39,257 nucleotides of DNA from a bacterium (lineage in GTDB: Bacteria; Patescibacteriota; Minisyncoccia; Phycocordibacterales; Phycocordibacteraceae), in the NCBI GenBank assembly GCA_021784875.1, contig JAJYHF010000019.1, positions 1 through 39,257 of the forward strand. The letters are read 5' to 3'. The notes beneath the pieces are model-generated. The model was not told the origin of the DNA. It worked only from the letters and a program-made list of their open reading frames with translations, and did not search any database. The position numbers were made by a program, and so were the translations under genes. This document shows, one piece after another, positions 8,879-17,256 of the stretch (position 1 is its first letter; every line of letters begins with the position of its first letter).

Positions 8879-10060
8879 ATGTCCTCCTTCTTACGCCGGA
8901 ACAGCCTTCTGGTCGTTGCTGCTTTCATCGCCACAGCCCTCGTGTTGAAATTTATCTTCGCCGACCAATTCCTCGGGCTCGGTCCTTGGTGGCTACAGAT
9001 TTCCGCCGCCGCCCTTATCTTCATCATCGGCATCGGCTTCGTCTTCCGCGGCACGAGTCGCATGATCGAAGAGACGACCGACGTCTTGAAGGATCGAACC
9101 GGCCTCGCGGGCGGGTTCCTTCAGTCCTTCGGGACCGCCTTTCCCGACATGATCATCGGCATCGTCGCCGCCATCCTCTCGCTCCAGGTGAGAAACGTCG
9201 ATTACGTGCGCGCCGTCAATCTCGCGGTCCTCGCTGCTGCTGCGACCTTCGGTTCGAACATCTACAACATCCTCCACTCAACCTGGTGCGTGTGGCGGCA
9301 GAATCGCGCCGACACGCTCGGGCGAGAGGTGCTCATGTTCCCGCCCTTCGCATCGTTCGGCACTCTGAAACCGGTCGAAAAGCACGAGACGAAGCCTACT
9401 GCGCACGAAATGGACGGCGCGATCAGCGTGCTTACCGCCCTCACCCTCCTCACCACCTTCGTCGCGATCTCCATGGTCCTCTTCGGCAGGATCGGTTCCG
9501 ATGCCTTCGGTATGACGGGCGATCTCTACCAGCTCGTCCCGCCGGTCGGCATCGTGCTCTTCATGCTGAGCGCCGCTGTCCTCTACTTCTTCCGCAAGAG
9601 CGAACGGCCCGGAGCACCGACCTGCAAGATAGCGGAAGAAGAGCGCGCCTATGCACGCTTCAGCACGCCGCGCATCTGGTTCGAACTCGTCCTCGCCGGC
9701 GTCGCCATCCTCGTCGCCGCCGAGGCTATGGTGCGCGCACTGGAAGTCTTCTCGGATATTACCCATCTTCCTTTCGTCGTCACCGGCGTACTGGCCGGCA
9801 TCATCGGCTGCCTGAGCGAGATGATCATCGTCCACAATTTCTCGATCCATCCGAAGGGCCGCATAGGCGATGCTATTGTCGGCGTCGCGATGGACAACAT
9901 CATCACGACGCTCGGCGCCGCCATAGTAGCGGTCATCGGCGGCATCTTCCTCGGCGGCGGCCCGCTCATTCTTATCTTCATCGTCATCCTCGCCGGCAAC
10001 ACGCTCCTCATCGAGCAGATCGCGAAATTCAAGAACCGTCTACCGAGAATGACCGGCTGA
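8879..10060 (+). CDS. CaCA-superfamily (sodium/calcium exchanger-like) membrane protein
   Basis: 393-aa polytopic ORF with two alpha-repeat-like motifs (GTAFPDMIIGIVA and GCLSEMIIV). The ATG starts 2 nt after the tRNA-Val CCA. Confidence 0.55.
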   Translation: MSSFLRRNSLLVVAAFIATALVLKFIFADQFLGLGPWWLQISAAALIFIIGIGFVFRGTSRMIEETTDVLKDRTGLAGGFLQSFGTAFPDMIIGIVAAILSLQVRNVDYVRAVNLAVLAAAATFGSNIYNILHSTWCVWRQNRADTLGREVLMFPPFASFGTLKPVEKHETKPTAHEMDGAISVLTALTLLTTFVAISMVLFGRIGSDAFGMTGDLYQLVPPVGIVLFMLSAAVLYFFRKSERPGAPTCKIAEEERAYARFSTPRIWFELVLAGVAILVAAEAMVRALEVFSDITHLPFVVTGVLAGIIGCLSEMIIVHNFSIHPKGRIGDAIVGVAMDNIITTLGAAIVAVIGGIFLGGGPLILIFIVILAGNTLLIEQIAKFKNRLPRMTG

Positions 10061-10063
10061 ACG

Positions 10064-10072
10064 TGGTACAGT
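10064..10072 (+). promoter_or_regulatory. extended -10 box TGgTACAGT, 7 nt upstream of the rlmB-like ATG
   Basis: TG at 10064-10065, TACAGT at 10067-10072, ATG at 10080. No SD. Confidence 0.45.
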
Positions 10073-10079
10073 CCTCCTT

Positions 10080-10865
10080 ATGAAAACGAAACGACGCGCC
10101 GGCGTGAACCCTAGGCGCCAACAAAAGGAAAAAATCTATGTCTACGGCCGGCACGCGCTCGCCGAGGCGCTCGAGAACATGCCGCAAGCGGTGCGGAAGG
10201 CTTTCATCGCGCCCGACCTGAAGGACGCCCGGCTGCGTGCCCTCCTTAAGAAGCACGGCATCCCGACCGCCGACCTCGCGCCCGGCAAGGGCAAGGAGCT
10301 CGCGGGCCGCGACGCGGTGCACCAAGGCGTCATCGCCCTCATCGATCCGGCGGCCGTCCTCACCCCGCTCGACCGCTTTCTCGAGACGCTCGACCTCGCC
10401 CGGAATCCGGCGGTCGCGGTCCTCGGCGAACTACAGGACCCGCATAACGTCGGCGCCGTCATCCGCTCGGCGGCCGCCTTCGGCCTCTCGGGCATCCTTA
10501 TCCCCGAACATAACCAAGCCGGTATAACCGGCACGGTCGTGAAGGCCTCGGCCGGCATGGCCTTCCGCATCCCGCTCGTTTCGATCGGGAACGTGAACCA
10601 CACGCTCGAAGTACTCAAGAAGCACGGCTTCTGGACCTACGGTCTCGCGATGAAGGGGACGGCGACCCCTGGCTCCGACGCCTTCGACGCGCCGGCCGCC
10701 TTCGTCATCGGGAACGAAGGCGCGGGCGTGCGCGAGAAGACGCTCGCCGCCTGCGATGTCACGCTCGCAATCCCGATGCATCCGCGCACCGAGTCCTTGA
10801 ACGCCGCCGTCTCAGCCGCCATCATCTTCTACGAGTGGAGCCGCAAGCACCCGGAAGCACTATGA
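10080..10865 (+). CDS. rlmB: TrmH/SpoU-family RNA 2'-O-methyltransferase (RlmB-like)
   Basis: Motifs LGELQDPHNVGAVIRSAAAFG, VIGNEGAGV and IPMHPRTESLNAAVSAAIIFYE. Confidence 0.8.
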   Translation: MKTKRRAGVNPRRQQKEKIYVYGRHALAEALENMPQAVRKAFIAPDLKDARLRALLKKHGIPTADLAPGKGKELAGRDAVHQGVIALIDPAAVLTPLDRFLETLDLARNPAVAVLGELQDPHNVGAVIRSAAAFGLSGILIPEHNQAGITGTVVKASAGMAFRIPLVSIGNVNHTLEVLKKHGFWTYGLAMKGTATPGSDAFDAPAAFVIGNEGAGVREKTLAACDVTLAIPMHPRTESLNAAVSAAIIFYEWSRKHPEAL

Positions 10866-11719
10866 TGCACGACCACCATCTCACTACCCTCTCTTGGGAA
10901 GATTACGAACTTCTCGACTCGGGCGAAGGGATGAAGCTCGAACGCTTCGGTGAGATCGTCGTCGCGCGCCCCGAGACGCAGGCGCTCTGGGCGAAGCAGA
11001 AGCCCGAACTCTGGAAGCAGGCGCACGCCACGTTCGCCTTCCGCGACAAGAAAGGTTCATGGGATATCAAGAAGCCGATTCCGGAATCCTGGGAGCTCGG
11101 CTGGGAGGACGCACACTTCACGGCGAAGCTCACCGGCTTCAAGCATACGGGTATCTTCCCCGAGCAGGCGCCGAACTGGAAATGGCTCCGGCGGGTCGTG
11201 CACCCCGATGCGAAAGTATTGAACCTCTTCGGCTACACGGGCGTCGCCTCCGTCGTCGCAGCGCTCGCGGGCGCGCAGGTGACGCACGTCGACGCCTCGA
11301 AGCAGTCGCTCGATTGGGCACACGACAACGCACGCCGTTCCGGCCTCGCCGAGGACACGATCCGCTGGATCCCGGACGACGCGCTCGCTTTCGCGAAGCG
11401 TGAAGCTCGCCGCAGTACGCGCTACGACGGTATCATCCTCGACCCGCCCGCCTTCGGCCGCGGCGCGAAGGGCGAGGTTTGGAAGATCGAGGAGGACCTG
11501 CCCCGGCTCCTCACCGCACTTCGAGATGTCTTCTCCGATACGCCCGGCTCCTTCTTCCTCTTGAATGGTTATGCCGCCGGCTATGCGCCGCGCTCGTTCG
11601 CGCAGGCGGTCGAGAGCACGTTCGGAGACGTAAGCGGCGAAAGCGGCGAGCTCCACATCAAGGAATCTTCCTCCGACCGCGTCATCCCCGCCGGTATTTA
11701 TGTGCGCTTCGTGCGATAG
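10862..11719 (+). CDS. class I SAM-dependent (rRNA) methyltransferase, RlmI/RlmK-like
   Basis: LFGYTGVASVVAALAG...ILDPPAFGRG motifs. ATGA start/stop overlap with the upstream gene (start 10862). Confidence 0.7.
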   Translation: MMHDHHLTTLSWEDYELLDSGEGMKLERFGEIVVARPETQALWAKQKPELWKQAHATFAFRDKKGSWDIKKPIPESWELGWEDAHFTAKLTGFKHTGIFPEQAPNWKWLRRVVHPDAKVLNLFGYTGVASVVAALAGAQVTHVDASKQSLDWAHDNARRSGLAEDTIRWIPDDALAFAKREARRSTRYDGIILDPPAFGRGAKGEVWKIEEDLPRLLTALRDVFSDTPGSFFLLNGYAAGYAPRSFAQAVESTFGDVSGESGELHIKESSSDRVIPAGIYVRFVR

Positions 11720-11735
11720 CGGATACAATACTTTC

Positions 11736-12596
11736 ATGCCTCGTAAAAATATCGCTATCCTCTATCACGCCGATTGTCCCGATGGCTTCGGTGGTGCCTA
11801 TGCCGCCTGGAAGAAATTCGGCGATGACGCAGAATACATACCGGTTAAGCACGGCCGACCCGCGCCCGAGCTTGGGAATGGGCGCGATATCTACTGCATC
11901 GACTTCTCTTATCCAGCCGAGATTATGAAGACGCTCGCGCAAGCGGCGAAGCATCTCATCGTCCTCGATCATCACGAAGGCGCGCGCGATGTCGCAACGG
12001 CGTTCCCCGGCATCTTCGACACGGAACACTCCGGCGCGACCATCGCGTGGAGTTATTTCCATCCCGAGACGCCGATACCGCTCTTCTTGCGCTACGTCGA
12101 GACCGGCGACCTCTTCCGCTTCGACCTCCCCGATTCACGCGCGATCCTCTCCTACGCTTATACGAAACCCTTCCATTTCGACGTATGGGACGAACTCGTG
12201 CGCCAAATCGAAGACCCGGTTGAACGTGCTAAGGTGATAGCCCGCGGCGCTATCTACTTCGAGTACTACATGTTCACGGTCGAGCGCCTCGCCGCGCGCG
12301 CCGAGCTTGTCATGTTCGAAGGATACGAAATCTACCTAGGCAACGGCGCTTCTATATTCAACTCCGACGTCGGCCATGTACTCGCGGCAAAAAAAGGCCC
12401 TTGTGCGCTCGTCACGAGTGTGGCACACGACGGTATAAAGGTTTCCATCCGCGGCGACGGATCGGTCGATGTCTCCGAGCTCGCACGGCGCCACGGCGGA
12501 AACGGCCATCCGAACGCCTCGGCTTTCTTCGTCCCATGGGGCGAACCGCTCCCATGGACGTCAGTCGCTCGTCATCATGAAAATCCTCGCGATTGA
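11736..12596 (+). CDS. DHH/DHHA1-family phosphoesterase (NrnB/oligoribonuclease-like)
   Basis: ILYHADCPDGFGGAYAAW, VLDHH and GGNGHPNASAF motifs. TACAAT (11724-11729) lies 6 nt upstream of the ATG. Confidence 0.65.
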   Translation: MPRKNIAILYHADCPDGFGGAYAAWKKFGDDAEYIPVKHGRPAPELGNGRDIYCIDFSYPAEIMKTLAQAAKHLIVLDHHEGARDVATAFPGIFDTEHSGATIAWSYFHPETPIPLFLRYVETGDLFRFDLPDSRAILSYAYTKPFHFDVWDELVRQIEDPVERAKVIARGAIYFEYYMFTVERLAARAELVMFEGYEIYLGNGASIFNSDVGHVLAAKKGPCALVTSVAHDGIKVSIRGDGSVDVSELARRHGGNGHPNASAFFVPWGEPLPWTSVARHHENPRD

Positions 12597-13797
12597 AACC
12601 TCCTGCGACGAGACGGCGGTGGCCATAGTCGAAGCGACTGGAGATGAGCGGAACGCGCATTTCCACATCCTAGGCAACGCGCTCCTCTCGCAGATCGAGC
12701 TCCATAAGCCCTACGGCGGCGTCTTCCCTTCTCTCGCCAAGCGCGAGCACGCGAAGAATCTCGTGCCGCTCCTCGACGCCGCGCTCGAGGAGGCTGAGCT
12801 CGTTCGCGAAGACACGCAGGCCATGTCGGAGGAATTGCACAACCGGATTGCCGAAACGCTCGCGCGCGAAGAAGGGCTCGCCGAAGCGTTCTTCGACTTC
12901 ATCGACGAGTGCGAAGCGCCCGCGATCGACGCGATCGCCGTCACGGCCGGCCCCGGCCTCGAGCCGGCGCTCTGGGTCGGCGTGAGCTTCGCGAAAGCGC
13001 TCGCGCTCGCCTGGGACAAACCGCTCGTTGCGGTCAACCATATGGAAGGCCACATCATGGCGGCCCTTGCGGGGGGCGAAGGCGACGGACTCGTCATCAA
13101 GAATGTCGCATTGCCCGTACTCGCGCTCCTTATCTCGGGCGGGCACACCGAGCTCGTCTTGATGAAAGAGTGGCTCGAATACGAACTCGTCGGCAGGACG
13201 CGCGACGACGCGGTCGGCGAAGCCTTCGACAAGGTCGCGCGCATGCTCGAGCTCCCCTATCCGGGCGGGCCCGAGATCTCGAAACTTGCAGAAGGGCTCC
13301 GAGACACGGAAGCGAACGTGAGTAAGGTCAGACCTTACTCAGATGAGGAAGGTCTGACCTTACTCACGCAGAGGCTCCCCCGACCGATGCTCCACGACGC
13401 GACCTGCGACTTCTCCTTCGCGGGGCTCAAGACCGCTGTGTTAAATCTCCTTAAGAAGCACGGCGGCATCTCCGCGAGCGAGCGCTCCCATCTCGCGCGC
13501 GAGTTCGAGGATGCGGTCACCGAGGTACTTCTCAAGAAGACAGAACGCGCCCTCGTGAGAGAGGGCGCGCAAACCCTCGTCCTCGGCGGCGGCGTCTCTG
13601 CGAATACGCACATCCGTCGCGTTTTCAAAAAAGCAATCGAAGAAAACGCCCCGAACGTCGCGCTCCGCATCCCTACTGCCTCCCTCTCGACCGACAACGC
13701 CGTCATGATCGCCCTCGCCGGCTTCTACCGCGCCCTCCGCAACGACTTCACCGACCCTGCCACGCTCATCGCGAACGGGAACCTCTCCCTCGCATAA
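12577..13797 (+). CDS. tsaD: tRNA N6-adenosine threonylcarbamoyltransferase TsaD
   Basis: MKILAIETSCDETAVAIV, VAVNHMEGH and LGGGVSAN motifs. Start at 12577, inside the 3' end of the DHH gene. Confidence 0.9.
   Translation: MKILAIETSCDETAVAIVEATGDERNAHFHILGNALLSQIELHKPYGGVFPSLAKREHAKNLVPLLDAALEEAELVREDTQAMSEELHNRIAETLAREEGLAEAFFDFIDECEAPAIDAIAVTAGPGLEPALWVGVSFAKALALAWDKPLVAVNHMEGHIMAALAGGEGDGLVIKNVALPVLALLISGGHTELVLMKEWLEYELVGRTRDDAVGEAFDKVARMLELPYPGGPEISKLAEGLRDTEANVSKVRPYSDEEGLTLLTQRLPRPMLHDATCDFSFAGLKTAVLNLLKKHGGISASERSHLAREFEDAVTEVLLKKTERALVREGAQTLVLGGGVSANTHIRRVFKKAIEENAPNVALRIPTASLSTDNAVMIALAGFYRALRNDFTDPATLIANGNLSLA
13318..13367 (+). repeat. in-frame tandem pair of ~21-nt palindromes inside tsaD
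   Basis: GAGTAAGGTC-a-GACCTTACTC (13320-13340) and GAGGAAGGTC-t-GACCTTACTC (13345-13365). The outer 17-nt arms GTGAGTAAGGTCAGACC / GGTCTGACCTTACTCAC are perfectly complementary. Translated as VSKVRPYSDEEGLTLLT. Confidence 0.8.
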
Positions 13798-13807
13798 CGC
13801 ACACATT

Positions 13808-13816
13808 TGCTATATT
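13808..13816 (+). promoter_or_regulatory. extended -10 box TGcTATATT, 8 nt upstream of the valS ATG
   Basis: TG at 13808-13809, TATATT at 13811-13816, ATG at 13825. No SD. Confidence 0.45.
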
Positions 13817-13824
13817 CTTAAGCG

Positions 13825-16020
13825 ATGGACGAGAAATTTCTCAAGCCCTACAACCCGCAGGAGACGGAGACGCGGGTCTATGAGGCCTGGGAGACAAGCG
13901 GCTATTTCAATCCGGACAACCTGCCGGAGGGCAAGGAACGGCCGCCATTCACAATCATGATGCCGCCGCCGAACGCGACCGGAATCCTCCACATGGGTCA
14001 CGCGCTCGGCCTCTCTATCCAGGACATCATCATTCGCTTCGAGAGAATGCGAGGCAAGGCGACACTTTGGCTCCCTGGCACCGACCACGCCGCCATCGCG
14101 ACGCAATCCAAGGTCGAGAAGCAGATCAAGAAGGAGGAAGGCAAGAGCCGTCACGACCTCGGCCGCGAGGAGCTCTTGAAGCGCATCGAGACCTTCGTTG
14201 CCGAGAGCCGAGCTACTATCCAGAAACAGGTCCGCGTCATGGGCGCCTCCTGCGACTGGTCACGTGAGGCCTTCACGCTCGATGCGGAACGCAATCGTGC
14301 GGTCAATACGATCTTCAAGCGCATGTACGACGCTGGCCTCATCTATCGCGGCAACCGCATCGTCAACTGGGATCCGAAGGGCCAGACGACGATCAGTGAC
14401 GACGAGATCGTCTACGAAGAGCGCACGGCGAAGCTCTACACCTTCCGATATGCGAAGGACTTCCCCATCCCCGTCGCGACGACACGTCCCGAGACGAAGG
14501 TCGGCGACGTCGCTGTTGCCGTCCATCCGGACGATGCGCGTTATAAGGAGTTCGTTGGGAAGGAATACGACGCCGTCTTCTGCGACGTCCCGATCCATAT
14601 CAAAGTGGTCGCCGACAAAGAGGTCGACCCGACCTTCGGCACCGGCGCGGTCGGCGTCACGCCCGCGCACAGCCAGACCGACTGGGACATCGCCGACCGC
14701 CATGCGCTCTCGCACGAGGTCATCGTCATCAACGAATACGCGAAGATGACCGCCTCCGGCCGCTTAAACGGACTTAAGACGACCGACGCGCGCGAGCAGG
14801 TCGTCGCATGGCTCCGCGGAGAAGGCCTTCTCGAGAAGGAAGAAGACGTAAGGCAGAACATCGCGACTGCCGAGCGCACGGGCGGCATCATCGAGCCCTT
14901 GCCCAAGCTCCAGTGGTGGGTGAACGTGAACAAGGAGGTGCCCGGCCGAGGCAAATCGCTGAAGGATCTCATGCTCGAGCCGGTGAAGGGCGGGAAGATC
15001 ACGATCATCCCTGAGCACTTCGAGAAGACCTACTATCACTGGATCGAGAACCTGCGCGACTGGTGCATCAGCCGCCAGATCTGGTACGGGCACCGCGTCC
15101 CCGTCTGGTACAAGGGCGAGGAGATTCAGGTCGGCGTCGAGCCGGCAGAAGCGGGCTGGGAGCAGGACGAGGACACGCTCGACACCTGGTTCTCTTCCGG
15201 ACTCTGGACCTTCTCGACCCTCGGCTGGCCGGACGATACCGCTGACCTGCGACGCTTCCATCCGACGGATACCATCGTCCCCGCCTATGAGATCCTCTTC
15301 TTCTGGATCGCACGCATGATCCTCATGACCGAGTTCGCGCTCGGCGATATCCCCTTCAAGACGGTGTACCTCACCGGCATCATCCGCGATACGCAGGGAC
15401 GCAAGTTCTCGAAGTCGCTCGGCAACGGCATCGACCCGATCGACATAGCGGCGAAGTTCGGCGCCGACGCTGCGCGCATGGCGCTCGTGGTCGGCAACAC
15501 GCCGGGCACCGACATGCGCATGAGCGAGGACAAGATCAAGGGCTACAAGCACTTCGCGAACAAGCTCTGGAACATCGCGCGGTTCATATTGGAAAATACA
15601 GAAGCCGGCGGAAGCGAGGGTTCGGCAATTCCGGATAGTAAGACTCGGCCGAACGGCCTGGAGCGCTATCCGGAATTGCTGAATCCGAGCGACCGCACGC
15701 ATTTTAAAGCGCTGAGCGCCTTAACCACCGACGTTACTCGCGATATCGAGGAATATCGCCCCTATCTCGCCGCCGAGAAGATTTATCATTATGTCTGGCA
15801 CGAGCTTGCCGACAAGATCCTCGAGGAGTCGAAACCGATCCTGAACGGCACGGATGATGCCGCGCGCGCTTCGCGCGCGCGACTCCTCCTCACACTCCTC
15901 GACACGTCGCTGCGCCTCCTCCACCCCTTCATGCCCTTCGTCACCGAAGAAATCTATCAATCAATGCCCACAAAAGATTCTGATTTCCTCATGATCGCCC
16001 ATTGGCCGGTGGTAGAATAA
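13825..16020 (+). CDS. valS: valine--tRNA ligase (short, no C-terminal coiled-coil domain)
   Basis: HIGH-type PNATGILHMGH, editing-domain TTRPETKVGDVAVAVHPDD, KMSKS-type KFSKSLGN. The protein ends shortly after PFMPFVTEEIYQ...HWP. Confidence 0.9.
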   Translation: MDEKFLKPYNPQETETRVYEAWETSGYFNPDNLPEGKERPPFTIMMPPPNATGILHMGHALGLSIQDIIIRFERMRGKATLWLPGTDHAAIATQSKVEKQIKKEEGKSRHDLGREELLKRIETFVAESRATIQKQVRVMGASCDWSREAFTLDAERNRAVNTIFKRMYDAGLIYRGNRIVNWDPKGQTTISDDEIVYEERTAKLYTFRYAKDFPIPVATTRPETKVGDVAVAVHPDDARYKEFVGKEYDAVFCDVPIHIKVVADKEVDPTFGTGAVGVTPAHSQTDWDIADRHALSHEVIVINEYAKMTASGRLNGLKTTDAREQVVAWLRGEGLLEKEEDVRQNIATAERTGGIIEPLPKLQWWVNVNKEVPGRGKSLKDLMLEPVKGGKITIIPEHFEKTYYHWIENLRDWCISRQIWYGHRVPVWYKGEEIQVGVEPAEAGWEQDEDTLDTWFSSGLWTFSTLGWPDDTADLRRFHPTDTIVPAYEILFFWIARMILMTEFALGDIPFKTVYLTGIIRDTQGRKFSKSLGNGIDPIDIAAKFGADAARMALVVGNTPGTDMRMSEDKIKGYKHFANKLWNIARFILENTEAGGSEGSAIPDSKTRPNGLERYPELLNPSDRTHFKALSALTTDVTRDIEEYRPYLAAEKIYHYVWHELADKILEESKPILNGTDDAARASRARLLLTLLDTSLRLLHPFMPFVTEEIYQSMPTKDSDFLMIAHWPVVE
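16010..16018 (+). promoter_or_regulatory. extended -10 box TGgTAGAAT overlapping the valS stop, 6 nt upstream of the GTG start at 16025
   Basis: TG at 16010-16011, TAGAAT at 16013-16018, GTG at 16025. Confidence 0.4.
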
Positions 16021-16024
16021 AAAG

Positions 16025-16732
16025 GTGACCCTCTCCACGCTCGGCTACGCGTTTATCGGCGGGCTCCTCCCCTCGCTCGTCTGGCTCTATTTCCTCTTGC
16101 GCGAGGAGGCGAACCACCCGGAGCCGAAGCGTCTCATCGTCCTTGCCTTCATCGCCGGCATGATCGCCGTCCCGATCGCACTGCCGCTTGAGCAGTGGGC
16201 GCGGGCACATTTCCCCGATTCATCCATCTTCGTCGCCTGGGCGCTCATCGAGGAGCTGCTTAAGTATGCGATGGCCGCTATCCTCATCCTCTGGCGCCGT
16301 GCAGTCGACGAAGCGCCCGACTATGTGATCTATATGATCACCATCGCACTCGGCTTCGCCGCCGCCGAGAACATGCTCTTCCTCCTCGCGCCGCTCCTCG
16401 ACGGGAACATGGCAAGCACCTTCTTCACCGGCGACATACGCTTCCTCGGCTCCTCCCTACTCCACGTCCTCGCCTCCGCAGCGATCGGCTTCTCGCTCGC
16501 CTTCTCCTCAGGAAGCCGCCCGCTCATCCGGATGGCTGCCGCCTTCGGCGGACTTATCCTCGCCGTGGCGTTGCACACGGCGTTCAACGCCCTTATCATC
16601 AGTCAAGGCGCCTCCGCGACGCTCGGCGCATTTTTCCTCGTCTGGACGGCAGCCGTCGTGTACTTCGCGACCTTCGAGGTACTCAAATATTTCCAATACC
16701 GTCACCTTATAAACCCGCAACGCTACGTATGA
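16025..16732 (+). CDS. PrsW-family intramembrane protease-like protein
   Basis: Polytopic membrane ORF with the EELLKY motif and conserved His (LLHVLASAA, HTAFN) typical of PrsW-like proteases. GTG start. Confidence 0.65.
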   Translation: MTLSTLGYAFIGGLLPSLVWLYFLLREEANHPEPKRLIVLAFIAGMIAVPIALPLEQWARAHFPDSSIFVAWALIEELLKYAMAAILILWRRAVDEAPDYVIYMITIALGFAAAENMLFLLAPLLDGNMASTFFTGDIRFLGSSLLHVLASAAIGFSLAFSSGSRPLIRMAAAFGGLILAVALHTAFNALIISQGASATLGAFFLVWTAAVVYFATFEVLKYFQYRHLINPQRYV

Positions 16733-17256
16733 CTACCAAGCACTCATTCTTCAGCCGCCTCTCCGGCTCCTCCGTCTCCGACGATCCTTTCGACTCCTTC
16801 GACGAGGAACTGCCGACGGTGCCGATACCGGCTCGGTCAGACTTGCGCCGCGCGAGCGAGATGGCCATGACCGCCAGCAGGCAGGCCGTCCGACCCGCGC
16901 CGCTCGAAGAGGTCAGTGCTGAAGCCGAGGGACAGCTGCCGGTCGACGTGCATCAGACCGGGAACGATATCGTCATCCGTGCCTTCGTCGCCGGTGTGCG
17001 TCCCGATGAACTCAGTATTTCGATCAGCCGCGACATGGTAGAGATCGAGGGATCCCGCATGGAACGCGACAAGATCGCCGGGCCCGACTATTTCACCCAG
17101 GAACTTTTCTGGGGTTCGTTCTCGCGTGTCATCTCGCTCCCGCAGGAGATCGACGTCGACGCCGCCACGGCGAGTGCCAAGGATGGTCTCCTCACCATCA
17201 CCCTCCCCAAACTCGACAAGGCTCGTCAGACCAAGCTCCGCGTCAAGGCGGGCTAG
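16729..17256 (+). CDS. Hsp20/alpha-crystallin family small heat-shock protein
   Basis: Alpha-crystallin domain LPVDVHQTGNDIVIRAFVAGVRPDELSISI...AKDGLLTITLPK. ATGA overlap with the upstream gene. Confidence 0.85.
   Translation: MTTKHSFFSRLSGSSVSDDPFDSFDEELPTVPIPARSDLRRASEMAMTASRQAVRPAPLEEVSAEAEGQLPVDVHQTGNDIVIRAFVAGVRPDELSISISRDMVEIEGSRMERDKIAGPDYFTQELFWGSFSRVISLPQEIDVDAATASAKDGLLTITLPKLDKARQTKLRVKAG

Noticed and set aside
13318-13326. GTGAGTAAG at the start of the tsaD insert resembles a eukaryotic 5' splice site; also considered a group I/II intron or an intein
   Set aside because: The element is only ~50 nt, in frame and without stops, with no intron core or intein motifs. A palindromic insertion or duplication explains it better.
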